From the NCBI GenBank assembly GCA_038231275.1, contig JBBRLQ010000032.1, positions 1 to 64,000 on the forward strand: a DNA stretch of 64,000 nt, in the 5' to 3' direction. The notes under the pieces were generated by a model. The model was given only the letters and a program-made list of their open reading frames with translations, made no database searches and had not been told where the DNA came from. The stretch comes from Polyangiales bacterium. GTDB taxonomy: Bacteria > Myxococcota_A > Polyangia > Polyangiales > Polyangiaceae. Shown here one piece after another: positions 19,752-28,407 of this stretch. Positions within the stretch are counted from its first letter, which is position 1; each line of letters opens with the position of its first letter. Both the position numbers and the translations under genes were made by a program.

Positions 19752-19758
19752 CGGCGTC

Positions 19759-20433
19759 TCAGGTCTCGACGGCCGTGCACTGCTGGATCTCGCCCGAGCA
19801 CTGCTTGACGATCTTGGGAGGACGGCAGGTCACGACGCCGCCGCGCTCGAACGGCTGGCACAGCCACTCGCGGAGGTGGCTGGGGCAGAACATCGTCGTC
19901 CCCGCCTCGGCTTTGCACCCGAACGCCTCGAGCCGCTTCTTCGCTTGCGCGTAAGGGATCTTGATCGCGAGCGACTTCCAGAGATCCGCCGACAGGTCCG
20001 AGCACGTGCTGGCAGCGCGCTGCTCGGGGGAGGTCGCCTCCTTCGCGCCGCACCCGGTCGGGTAGTCACGGGCGTTCGTCGCCGCGCACGCGTCGACTTT
20101 GCCGGCGGTCAGCATCTTCATGCACGCAGGGACGCCGGCCGCCGGGCATTGGTATCCGTTCCCGTACCCGATCGCCGCCATTGATCGACAGGACGCGCCG
20201 CGGATCAGCGTGTCGTCGATCTCCTTCATGAGCGCCGCGTTCGACAGCGCAGCCTTTCCAGAGAAGTCGTAGTCGCCGACGCTCCCGATGATCCCGGGGT
20301 TGGCGCCGGGGTTGCCGGTGGGGACAGGCGCCGGCCCTGGCTTGTTCTCTGCGTGGGCGAAGAACGAGGCGGTCGCTGCGGAGAGGAAGAAGAGGAGCGA
20401 TGCCACGCGCGTGATCGTCATAGGGCCTCTCAT
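19759..20433 (-). CDS. Small secreted Cys-rich protein
   Basis: Signal peptide (FFAHA-EN), 12 Cys; ATGA overlap with the stop of the upstream giant gene. Confidence 0.8.
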   Translation of the reverse strand: MRGPMTITRVASLLFFLSAATASFFAHAENKPGPAPVPTGNPGANPGIIGSVGDYDFSGKAALSNAALMKEIDDTLIRGASCRSMAAIGYGNGYQCPAAGVPACMKMLTAGKVDACAATNARDYPTGCGAKEATSPEQRAASTCSDLSADLWKSLAIKIPYAQAKKRLEAFGCKAEAGTTMFCPSHLREWLCQPFERGGVVTCRPPKIVKQCSGEIQQCTAVET

Positions 20434-23400
20434 TGATCGAGCTTCCATCCGGAGGACACGAGATCGCGGACGGCCTGGGCAGACTGAGCGACGCTCGCGT
20501 CGACCTCCTGAATCGCGAAAATCGGCGTGGTGCTCGTGATGCCGTCCCAGTGGAACAGCTCCGCCTCCGCCGACCAGAGGAGGATCTCGACGAAGCCCGA
20601 CACGGTGCCGGAGAGCGATGAGAGCGTGAAGTCGAGCCCCTGGTTCGCCTCGAAGCGGTTGCCCGCGCTCTTCTTGGCGTTGCCGCCGCCGTCGAAGAAC
20701 TGCACCGACGCGTTCGAGTGGTACGGAAGCCCCATGCGAATGAGCGTGAGGCTCCCCTTCACACCGACCTCGAGGCCCGGCACTCCGATCGCCACCGACA
20801 CGTTGCCGTCGATCTGCGCGTACGGCTCGATGATGTTGCTCAGTTGGAACGGCGTCCGATCGGCGGGCTTCGCCGTGTGCAGGCTGAGCGAGTCCACGTT
20901 GGGCCGGTCGAGCGACGCCGAGATGACGTAGTTGACGCCGGCGTGGAACGTCGCCCACCCGCGTATCGTCACCGGCACGATCACGATCACCACCGTCGTC
21001 GAGTCGTCGAAGAGCGTCTTGTCGTACGAGGCCGGCTCGAATTTGTAGAGCGGCTCGGTCGACGCGTACACAGTCGGCATCACCGCCTTGTTCACCGGCT
21101 CGAAGAGATCGTCACCGACGACGCGGAAGTGCAAGTGGCCCTGGACGATGCGGGCCTTTTCGCCGCCTTGCGCCTTGGCGTGCTCGGCCTGGAACGTGTC
21201 CTTGATGCCGTTTTTCTCGTTCACGTAGTCGCGTCCGCCCGACACCTGGCCGGTCAGGTACTTCTTGTCGGTCGGCGTTGCCCCTTGCTGCAAGTCGAGC
21301 AGGTGACCGTCGGTGAGCGCGATGTCCATGCGCGCGTTGAAGACCTCGTTGGTGGTCCCCAGGATCTTCACGGCCGCAGTCGCGTAGTTGCCGGCCCAGT
21401 ACGTGAAGTTGTCGGAGTTCCCATCCGGCTTGTTCGAGTAGCCCGCGTTCTTGTCGGTCGAGAGGTTGCCGAAGCGGAAGCCGCCGCCCGCGCCGTACTC
21501 CGCGCCGAAGAGATCGCTGCCGAAGCTCCCGTCGGTCGACGTGATCTGCCCGAGCGCCGGCGTCTTGCCGTCCTCGTCGTACGCCTGCATGGCGATGATC
21601 GACGAGACCTCGTCCTGCATCTGCTTGATGATCTCTTTCTCCGCCTCGAGCAGGAGCGCCTCGAACGCCTTCACGCTCTTGCGCGAAGTGTTCCAGTTGT
21701 GGCCGGTGCTCTTGATGAGATCGTTCAGCTTGTTCTTGTACGTGAAGGCGCCCTTGGCGTGCGTGGTGTACCGCTCGCAGCGCTGGGCGTCGGCCTCGCG
21801 CGCCCTGTTGATCTCCTTCCGGTAGGCGTGGCTGAAGTCGATGAGGCGGCTCGGCGACCAGTCGCAGCCGTTCTGGCTCGCGCCGAAGCACCCGAGCTCT
21901 GCGCCGGCGCCGAGCTGCTCGTAGACGAGCGCGTCGATCGCCTCGAGCTTCGGGAGGATGTGCGTCTTCAGCGCCGTCGCGACGGTCTGCGCCTCGCCCG
22001 CCGACAGCGCCGGCGGCATGAACTGGATCGCGTTCGGATCGGCGGGGACTCCGGTCCCTTGAAAGAGCTTCGCGATGCCGAACTGAACGCACTGCACCTC
22101 GGCGTCGTGCGCGGACCGAACGAATGCCGCGTGCCGATCGGCGTTGATTTTGGGCAGATCGGCCTTGTACTGCGTCGCCGCGTCGAGATCCGACTTCACG
22201 TGCGCCGCCCGCACCTGCATCTCGCCCGCGGTGACCGGCAACGGCCTCACCGGGCACCCGATCTGCGAGTGGCACGATAGACCATAGAACACGAACGGGC
22301 CGTACTCGCCGTTCGGGCTGTACTGCACGGCCCACCCGGTGTTCGGCAGCGAGGGCCCGGTGAAGATCGTCTTCGCCTTGGTGATGGGATCGCTCATCTC
22401 CCACCCGCGGCTGATGCCCGCCTGGACGAGGATGGGATCGACCTCGTCGTACCACTTCTTGGTGTAAGGCAGCGTCGCGTCGCCGGTCAGGAGCGCAGAG
22501 TACGTGATGAGCTTGGTGTAGATGTTCTGCTGCGCCGAGGTGTTCGGCGGTGGAAGGGGCAAGGGCTCGGTCTGCTTGCGGCAGGTGGTGCCGACGTTGC
22601 GGATGAAGGTCGTGATCTCGTTCCGCCGCGCGAGCAGGGTCTGCAGATCCTGTTGGCGGTCGTACCGGATCCGGAGCTCCTCGTCGGTGTAGTGGCCCGG
22701 GCGATCCTCCGCGTCCGTCTCCCAGAGCGCGCCGTTCCTTTGCTGGTGCCAGGCGAACGTCTCGTTGATCGTGGGGCTGTCCTTCGCCGTGAACGGCCGG
22801 CGCGTGAAGAGCTCCTGGTTGAAGAAGATTTCGCTCTTCTTCTGGTAGTCGTCGAACGCCGTGATGATCGGCGGATAATTGAGGACGTCGGGGAGGCCGA
22901 GCGAGGGGAAGCGGAGCGCCTTTCCGATCTGCGATTTGGCGTACGGATCCCAATCGTAGAACGTCCGCGAGAAGCCGGCGGCGGCCTGGAGGAACGCGTT
23001 GCGCGGCTCCTTGATCGGCGTGAACGGCAGCGGCGCGGCCGGCGTGACGACGATGTTGCCCAACACGTCCTCGGCGGCGGTCGACGCGGTCGTGGAGACC
23101 TGGCCCTCGGAGTCCCTGACCTCCGCCTTCGCGACGATCGACGCCCACTTCGGCGAGAAGACGAGATCGTAGGTCTTGCGTGGATCGCGCTGGTTGGCGC
23201 TGACGTCGTCGTCGAACTGCGTGAGCGAGAGGTACTTGCGCGCAGCGTACTCGTCGCAGCTGTCGATGAGACCGCCGACGTCGCCGCTCGCGGAGAGCTG
23301 CGTGATGCGCGGGAGCTTCTTCAGCGCGGCCTGCATGTGGGTCAGCTTTGGCGGACGTCCGCCGATCGCCGAGGCCACCGCGAGGCGCGCCGCGGGATGG

Positions 23401-23945
23401 GCGAGGCGCGTCGCGAAGGCGTGGTCCATCCCGCCGACCTTGACCTTGGCCGGATCGTATTTGACGAAGCCGGTCTGCTTCGAGTCGGTGCCGAGCGAGC
23501 GGCGTGACGGGACGACGCGGCGCGCCTTGGGCACCGCCTCGAGCTCCGCTTTGTGGGCTTGGTAGAACGCCTGGCCGCAGTTGCTCCCGGTCGGCGGGCT
23601 CGCCGCGCACGCGTCGAGCTCCTTCCACGATTTGCACGCCGGCGCCGCGTTCGGGCAGCGCGTGGCGAAGGTCGGATCGGCACACGCCGTCTTTTCGTAG
23701 TTCTGGCACGAATCGACGATGGCGCCGGGCGCGCGAACTTTCGGCCCACGCCCGCCCGGCGGAGGGCTCCTGCCCACGCGCGAGTCCCACGTTTGCGGCA
23801 GGCCCGTCTTCGCGTCGAGGACGCGCAGATCGCCGGGTGCTGCGCTGGCGTCGGTCGCGACGGCGAACCCGCCCGCGCAGGCCGCGGTGACGGAGGCCAG
23901 CCAGAGGTGTCGCCAGGTCGGCCGCCGCGCGTGACTTCGTGTCAT
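20430..23945 (-). CDS. Large secreted protein (1171 aa), Cys motifs and long C-terminal amphipathic beta-sheet region
   Basis: GAGGAG RBS before ATG 23945; signal peptide; strong GC3 bias; C-terminal strands TTVVIVIVPVTIRGWATFHAGV...LEVGVKGSLTLIRMGLP...LSSLSGTVSGFV. Confidence 0.88.
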   Translation of the reverse strand: MTRSHARRPTWRHLWLASVTAACAGGFAVATDASAAPGDLRVLDAKTGLPQTWDSRVGRSPPPGGRGPKVRAPGAIVDSCQNYEKTACADPTFATRCPNAAPACKSWKELDACAASPPTGSNCGQAFYQAHKAELEAVPKARRVVPSRRSLGTDSKQTGFVKYDPAKVKVGGMDHAFATRLAHPAARLAVASAIGGRPPKLTHMQAALKKLPRITQLSASGDVGGLIDSCDEYAARKYLSLTQFDDDVSANQRDPRKTYDLVFSPKWASIVAKAEVRDSEGQVSTTASTAAEDVLGNIVVTPAAPLPFTPIKEPRNAFLQAAAGFSRTFYDWDPYAKSQIGKALRFPSLGLPDVLNYPPIITAFDDYQKKSEIFFNQELFTRRPFTAKDSPTINETFAWHQQRNGALWETDAEDRPGHYTDEELRIRYDRQQDLQTLLARRNEITTFIRNVGTTCRKQTEPLPLPPPNTSAQQNIYTKLITYSALLTGDATLPYTKKWYDEVDPILVQAGISRGWEMSDPITKAKTIFTGPSLPNTGWAVQYSPNGEYGPFVFYGLSCHSQIGCPVRPLPVTAGEMQVRAAHVKSDLDAATQYKADLPKINADRHAAFVRSAHDAEVQCVQFGIAKLFQGTGVPADPNAIQFMPPALSAGEAQTVATALKTHILPKLEAIDALVYEQLGAGAELGCFGASQNGCDWSPSRLIDFSHAYRKEINRAREADAQRCERYTTHAKGAFTYKNKLNDLIKSTGHNWNTSRKSVKAFEALLLEAEKEIIKQMQDEVSSIIAMQAYDEDGKTPALGQITSTDGSFGSDLFGAEYGAGGGFRFGNLSTDKNAGYSNKPDGNSDNFTYWAGNYATAAVKILGTTNEVFNARMDIALTDGHLLDLQQGATPTDKKYLTGQVSGGRDYVNEKNGIKDTFQAEHAKAQGGEKARIVQGHLHFRVVGDDLFEPVNKAVMPTVYASTEPLYKFEPASYDKTLFDDSTTVVIVIVPVTIRGWATFHAGVNYVISASLDRPNVDSLSLHTAKPADRTPFQLSNIIEPYAQIDGNVSVAIGVPGLEVGVKGSLTLIRMGLPYHSNASVQFFDGGGNAKKSAGNRFEANQGLDFTLSSLSGTVSGFVEILLWSAEAELFHWDGITSTTPIFAIQEVDASVAQSAQAVRDLVSSGWKLDQ

Positions 23946-24002
23946 GAATCTCCTCGACCCTCGCCGGCGTCGTGCCTGCGAGTCGTGCAAACGGCTCGCT
24001 AG

Positions 24003-24018
24003 AGCAAGGCCGGTGCCG
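24003..24018 (-). promoter_or_regulatory. Putative sigma54 promoter for the 23945-17745 operon
   Basis: Minus strand CGGCACCGGCCTTGCT, close to consensus YGGCAC-N5-TTGCW. Confidence 0.7.
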
Positions 24019-24084
24019 CGCGACGATTTCCTGCGTTTCGGTGCCGCGAGGGTCGTTCAGTGCGCTCGAAGTGAATCGCGTGCG

Positions 24085-24597
24085 CTAGCGATCGCGCACG
24101 ATCGCCCGACGGGACCGCCGGCGTGACACGAGCAACAAGAGGAGGAGGGCGCCTGCGCCTCGGAGGGAGCCGGCGTCGGCATCGGTGGTTGCGCAGCCCG
24201 CACATCCGCCGCGTGCACGCTCGGCGGGTGGAGCCGCAGACGCCTGGACCACCGGAGCGGGCAGCGGCGCCGGCGACTCGAGGCGAGGCCGCTCCGCGGC
24301 GCACATGGGGCACGCCTCGCGCACACGGCGTCGCGCGTCGTCGACCTTGCCGCGCGCGTCGTCGCACGCGGGACCGGGGGAGAGCACGCAAATGCGATCG
24401 GCGGCGCGCTGCATGGATCCGAGCGCGCGGCACGCCACCGCGCAGTCGCTGGTGGAGAGCGCCGCGTAGTCCTGCGCGAGCTGACGCGTCAGATCGTCGC
24501 GTTCACGCGCTTCGCCCTCGGCCGACGTCGGCGCCGCCACCGCGCCCGCCGAAGAGAGGAAGAGAAAGGACCCTACGAGCCACCCCGCGCCGCGCAT
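24085..24597 (-). CDS. Secreted Cys-containing protein with MYXO-CTERM-like sorting tail
   Basis: Signal peptide; C-terminal GGCAGC...GALLLLLLVSRRRSRR. Confidence 0.7.
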   Translation of the reverse strand: MRGAGWLVGSFLFLSSAGAVAAPTSAEGEARERDDLTRQLAQDYAALSTSDCAVACRALGSMQRAADRICVLSPGPACDDARGKVDDARRRVREACPMCAAERPRLESPAPLPAPVVQASAAPPAERARGGCAGCATTDADAGSLRGAGALLLLLLVSRRRSRRAIVRDR

Positions 24598-24609
24598 CCA
24601 ACGAGTTCA

Positions 24610-25389
24610 TCACTCTGCCGGCGAAAAGACGAGCGGATAGACGACCCACACCATCTTGTCGCCCGACGCGGAGAACGAGAGGTTCATGAATCCACGGACG
24701 ACGCACGCGACCACGTCGGCGTCTCCGAGATCGGATCCTGCGTCAGACGCGCGCGTCACCGTGCCAGTCCCGTCGATCACGAACTTGACGGCGACGCGGC
24801 CCGCGAGCCTCGGGCGACGGCGAAGCCCCGCCTCGTAGCAGACGCGGAAGCCCCCGTAGTGGGCGGTGACGACGCGCTTGATCGTCTCACCGGGCACGCG
24901 GCCGATCGACCTCGCGCCGGGCAGGCGCGCCATGACGTGCGCGCGACTCGTTCGCGGATGGCCGTCGAACGCGTCCAGATCGAACGCCGCGTCTCCTTTT
25001 CCGATCGTCGAGACGGTGGCGAGCGGCGCGGCCGGTCCGTCGTCCTCGTCGTCGTGATCGCGCACTTCGATCGGCCCATCGACGATGGATGAGGCCCACG
25101 GCACTGCGCCGGCCGGAGGGTCACGGCTCCACGGGCTCGGTTTCACCTTCGCCGCGCCATCGCGGCTGGACGACAGGAGGGCGAGCATTCCAAACGCCGC
25201 GATCTCCCGCTTGAGCTCCGCGCGGAATCGCGCTTTCGCCTCCTTCTCGGCAGCCTCATTCGCCGCGGTCTCGGTCGCCGAGAGAGGTCCGCTCTTGGCC
25301 GCCGCGGCGTCGTCGGCGCGCGCGATGCCGGGTGAGAGCACCAGCGCGCAGATCAGCGCGCACGACGTCGGCGAAGACGCGAGGGTCAT
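24610..25389 (-). CDS. AgmX/PglI C-terminal (TonB-C-like) domain protein
   Basis: IKRVV...FRVCYEAGLRRRPRLAGRVAVKFVIDGTG...VVACV...VVYPLVFSP. Confidence 0.85.
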   Translation of the reverse strand: MTLASSPTSCALICALVLSPGIARADDAAAAKSGPLSATETAANEAAEKEAKARFRAELKREIAAFGMLALLSSSRDGAAKVKPSPWSRDPPAGAVPWASSIVDGPIEVRDHDDEDDGPAAPLATVSTIGKGDAAFDLDAFDGHPRTSRAHVMARLPGARSIGRVPGETIKRVVTAHYGGFRVCYEAGLRRRPRLAGRVAVKFVIDGTGTVTRASDAGSDLGDADVVACVVRGFMNLSFSASGDKMVWVVYPLVFSPAE

Positions 25390-25400
25390 GCATGGGCCAT

Positions 25401-25416
25401 CGCAATCGGCGTGCCC
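25401..25416 (-). promoter_or_regulatory. Putative sigma54 promoter
   Basis: Minus strand GGGCACGCCGATTGCG, near-consensus, 11 nt upstream of ATG 25389. Confidence 0.65.
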
Positions 25417-25558
25417 TGGCCATTCGCATGCCGGTCAGGTGTTTGCGGCGAAGTGACGGAGGGTGGTGCGGGGCGCGCGCGCATGTGAATTGCCCCGTGC
25501 CGGGACGTCAGAGGAGCACGTGAGGGCTTCGAGTCGCCGATCGCTGGGAAAATGGCAG

Positions 25559-25574
25559 TGGCGCGACGGTTGCA
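25559..25574 (+). promoter_or_regulatory. Putative sigma54 promoter
   Basis: TGGCGCGACGGTTGCA, followed by an AAGGAGG RBS and GTG 25608. Confidence 0.65.
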
Positions 25575-25607
25575 CTTTGCAATCGAGAACGAAGAAGGAG
25601 GCCCCCC

Positions 25608-25874
25608 GTGCTTCGCAGATCCCCGCTCGTCGGCGTCGGCGTCATCGCCGTCGCGCTCGCCCTCGCGGCGTGCACCAGCAGCTATCACCCCGAGTATCAC
25701 CCCGTGTCGGTGAACAACGTCTCGCAGGACATCTCGTACCCCGTGGTCGTCAACGGCGGCGCCAGCCAAGGCGCGCGACCGGTGTACGTCGTGCCGGGCA
25801 GTCCTGGCGGCGGTCCGCCGATGGCGCCACCGCCGATGCCGCCGCCGCCGCCCGGTTTCTTCAACCCCGAGTGA
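25608..25874 (+). CDS. Small Pro-rich lipoprotein
   Basis: AAGGAGG RBS; LAAC lipobox; YHPEYHP motif; poly-Pro tail. Confidence 0.8.
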   Translation: MLRRSPLVGVGVIAVALALAACTSSYHPEYHPVSVNNVSQDISYPVVVNGGASQGARPVYVVPGSPGGGPPMAPPPMPPPPPGFFNPE

Positions 25875-25884
25875 GGTGCGCGAC

Positions 25885-26382
25885 ATGCGACGCAGCGTCG
25901 GCGTCTCGTACGGCGCGAGCGCGAGCGCGTGCGCGTGCGTCCTCTTCGCGTCGGCGTGCACACACGAGGTCCATCCCGAGTACCACCCCGAGGCGCGGTA
26001 CTCGTACGTCCAAAATGTGACGTACGCCGAGAACGCGTGGATCGCTCCACCGTCCTCGGCAGGCTCGCCTGGCGTCGCGCCGAGCCTCGAGTCGTCGTAC
26101 GCGCTCGGCGCCGGAGGCGACACGTGCGAGGGGGGTCGCGCGCAAGCGTGCTGGCGCGAATGCTTCAAGGACGCCACCGGCGAGTCCTGCGCGCGCCTCG
26201 CCGACATGTTCGCGCGCGGCGACGGCGTCACGCGGAGCCCCGACAACGCGCGCCGCCTCGCGCAACGCGCCTGCGATCTCGGCACCTGTGGTCAGCGGCG
26301 CCCCGCCGCAGGGGTCGTCAGCTCGCCGGGCACGGTGATCGTCTACGGTGACTTCAACGGCAACGTCGTCCTCGGGCGCTGA
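25885..26382 (+). CDS. Lipoprotein with a Sel1-like repeat
   Basis: GAGGTG RBS; ASAC lipobox; VHPEYHP motif; SCARLADMFARGDGVTRSPDNARRLAQRACDLG. Confidence 0.75.
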   Translation: MRRSVGVSYGASASACACVLFASACTHEVHPEYHPEARYSYVQNVTYAENAWIAPPSSAGSPGVAPSLESSYALGAGGDTCEGGRAQACWRECFKDATGESCARLADMFARGDGVTRSPDNARRLAQRACDLGTCGQRRPAAGVVSSPGTVIVYGDFNGNVVLGR

Positions 26383-26406
26383 ATCGCCCCCACACGCGAC
26401 AGCGAT

Positions 26407-27246
26407 TCAGCGAAGGACCTGGCCGACGACGACCTCGACGCGATCGCGATGACGGAGCCGCCCGCCCTCTTCGGCGACATGCCCGACCGCCGGGAGGTCC
26501 GCGCCGAGGAAGCGACGCCCGTGCGCCGCGAAGACCGCGGGATCGCCGCTGCACAGGACGCGAAGGGCACCATCGCCAGGCGTGTCATAGTGCGGATGCC
26601 GGACGAGCCACTCGCGGAGGCGCGCGGCGAGGTAGGGCGCCGGGTCGAGGACCTTTGCGCGCGTCGCTCGCTCGAAGGCCGCAGCGAGGAGCGGGTAATG
26701 CGTGCACCCGAGGAGCAGTGTGTCGACGTCCTCGAGCCCCTCCATGTAACGCGCGACCGCTTGCCGTGCGATGTCGGTGTCCTCCCAGCCCTCTTCGACG
26801 AGTGGCGCGAGCAAGGGCGCGGCGCGCTGCGTGACCTTGTGCGTTCCCAGCTTCCGGATCTCCGTCTCGAACGTCCCCGACGCGACCGTGCGCGCGGTTC
26901 CGATCACGCCGATGTGACCCGCGCTCGCCGCGACCGCGACCTCTGCTGCCGGGATCGTCACGCCGAGCACACGCCGCGCGTCGCCCGGTCCGGCGTAGCG
27001 CGCTTGCAGATGGCGAAGCGCGACGCACGAGACCGTGTTGCATGCGACGACGACGAGGCGGCACCCCTCCTCGAACAAACGCTCGGTGCACTGCTCGGCG
27101 AAATCGAGCAGGGTGCTCGTGTCGCGCCCGCCATACGGCGCGCGCCCCGAGTCGCCGAGGTAGATGAAATCGCGCTCCGGCAGCGCAGCGCGCAGCTGAC
27201 GAAGGACCGTGAGCCCGCCGAAGCCCGAGTCGTAGACGCCGATCAT
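26407..27246 (-). CDS. murI: Glutamate racemase
   Basis: IGVYDSGFGGLTV, PYG, VACNT, LGCTHYP. Confidence 0.97.
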   Translation of the reverse strand: MIGVYDSGFGGLTVLRQLRAALPERDFIYLGDSGRAPYGGRDTSTLLDFAEQCTERLFEEGCRLVVVACNTVSCVALRHLQARYAGPGDARRVLGVTIPAAEVAVAASAGHIGVIGTARTVASGTFETEIRKLGTHKVTQRAAPLLAPLVEEGWEDTDIARQAVARYMEGLEDVDTLLLGCTHYPLLAAAFERATRAKVLDPAPYLAARLREWLVRHPHYDTPGDGALRVLCSGDPAVFAAHGRRFLGADLPAVGHVAEEGGRLRHRDRVEVVVGQVLR

Positions 27247-27276
27247 GTGCCGATCATCGAAATCTTACGAGACGCG

Positions 27277-28278
27277 TCATCGAATCCACAGCTTGGTGTC
27301 GCCGGTCTGTGAGAGACCGCCCTTGGGCTCGGTGGTGTCCTTCACGCCGGCCCATCCGCCGCCGTTGCCGTTGCACGAAGTCTGTCCCGACTGGGTCCCG
27401 CCGTAGTACGCGCCACGCCCGACCCAGCTCGCGCTATTGCACCCGCAGCCCGTGTTGTTGTCGTCGAGCGGCACGACCGCCCAGCTCGTGTCGCCGGGCT
27501 TGATGTTGTTGTCGTGGGTCGCGACGCAGAGCTTGCCGCCGCCCGCCGAGCTCAGCCACCCCGACAGACGCGCGTCGTTCGTCGAGGTCTGAAGCAGAGG
27601 GACTGCGGTGTTCACGACGTTCGCGAAGAGATCGAAGCTGCCCGGACGGGTGAAGCGCACGTACGACGTGGCCCAGTCGACCCACACGTCCGTGTAGAGG
27701 CCGAGGAAGCGAACCCCGATGAGCCCCGATTGTCCGCCCGTCGCGATCGCGTTGGTGTTGCCGGTGTCGACGTCGAGGAAGCGGAACGTCCCCATTCCGC
27801 CGCTGATTTCTCGCCCGATCAGCGTCCAGCCGCCGCCGTCGATGGTCATGTCGCACCAGACTTGGAAGGGCGCCTTCGGCCCCACGCCGTCGGGGTCTAC
27901 GGTGTAGAGCCCGCTCGTGACGGGCGGCGGCGTCGTCGCGAGGATCTGCCTGCAGGTCGCCGCCGGCGGACAGCCTCCGACCGGGCACGCGTCGAACGGC
28001 GTCGTGTCGGTGGCGACGTCTTTGAGCGGTGCGTCGGCGGCAACGGCGCCATCGTCGGCGTCGAAGTCAGAGGCCCCGTCGCCCCCGGCGTCTACTAGAG
28101 GAGTCGTCCGGTCGACCGGAGCGTCGGTGGACACCCCGGGACCCGCGTCGTCGGGTCCGTCGCCGGTACCCACGAGATCGAGCCCGCACGCGCCTGCCGA
28201 CGAGAAGAAAAGAAGGGCCAGCGGCGGGAGGAGGACTGCCGCGCGACTGTGGCTCGCTTCTTTCGCTCTTCGGCGCAT
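27277..28278 (-). CDS. Lipoprotein with fibrinogen-like (YCDxxxxGGGW) domain
   Basis: TCRQIL...SGLYTVDPDG...VWCDMTIDGGGWTL; AGAC lipobox; DA-rich linker. Confidence 0.85.
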   Translation of the reverse strand: MRRRAKEASHSRAAVLLPPLALLFFSSAGACGLDLVGTGDGPDDAGPGVSTDAPVDRTTPLVDAGGDGASDFDADDGAVAADAPLKDVATDTTPFDACPVGGCPPAATCRQILATTPPPVTSGLYTVDPDGVGPKAPFQVWCDMTIDGGGWTLIGREISGGMGTFRFLDVDTGNTNAIATGGQSGLIGVRFLGLYTDVWVDWATSYVRFTRPGSFDLFANVVNTAVPLLQTSTNDARLSGWLSSAGGGKLCVATHDNNIKPGDTSWAVVPLDDNNTGCGCNSASWVGRGAYYGGTQSGQTSCNGNGGGWAGVKDTTEPKGGLSQTGDTKLWIR

Positions 28279-28407
28279 ACGGCGTGTCCCATTCTAGCGC
28301 GTGGTCGCGCGATTCGATGGGCCCCGGGCGCCAAATGGGTGCGATTTGTAGGGGGTCCTGCGGTCGGATTTTCAAAATCCGTAACATGTCTCCATAATGG
28401 CGCTCCC

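Noticed and set aside
26407..27246. murI as part of the ATP-grasp system (D-Glu supply)
   Set aside because: Opposite strand, separated by an unrelated gene, and adequately explained by peptidoglycan synthesis; only conserved synteny would revive the idea
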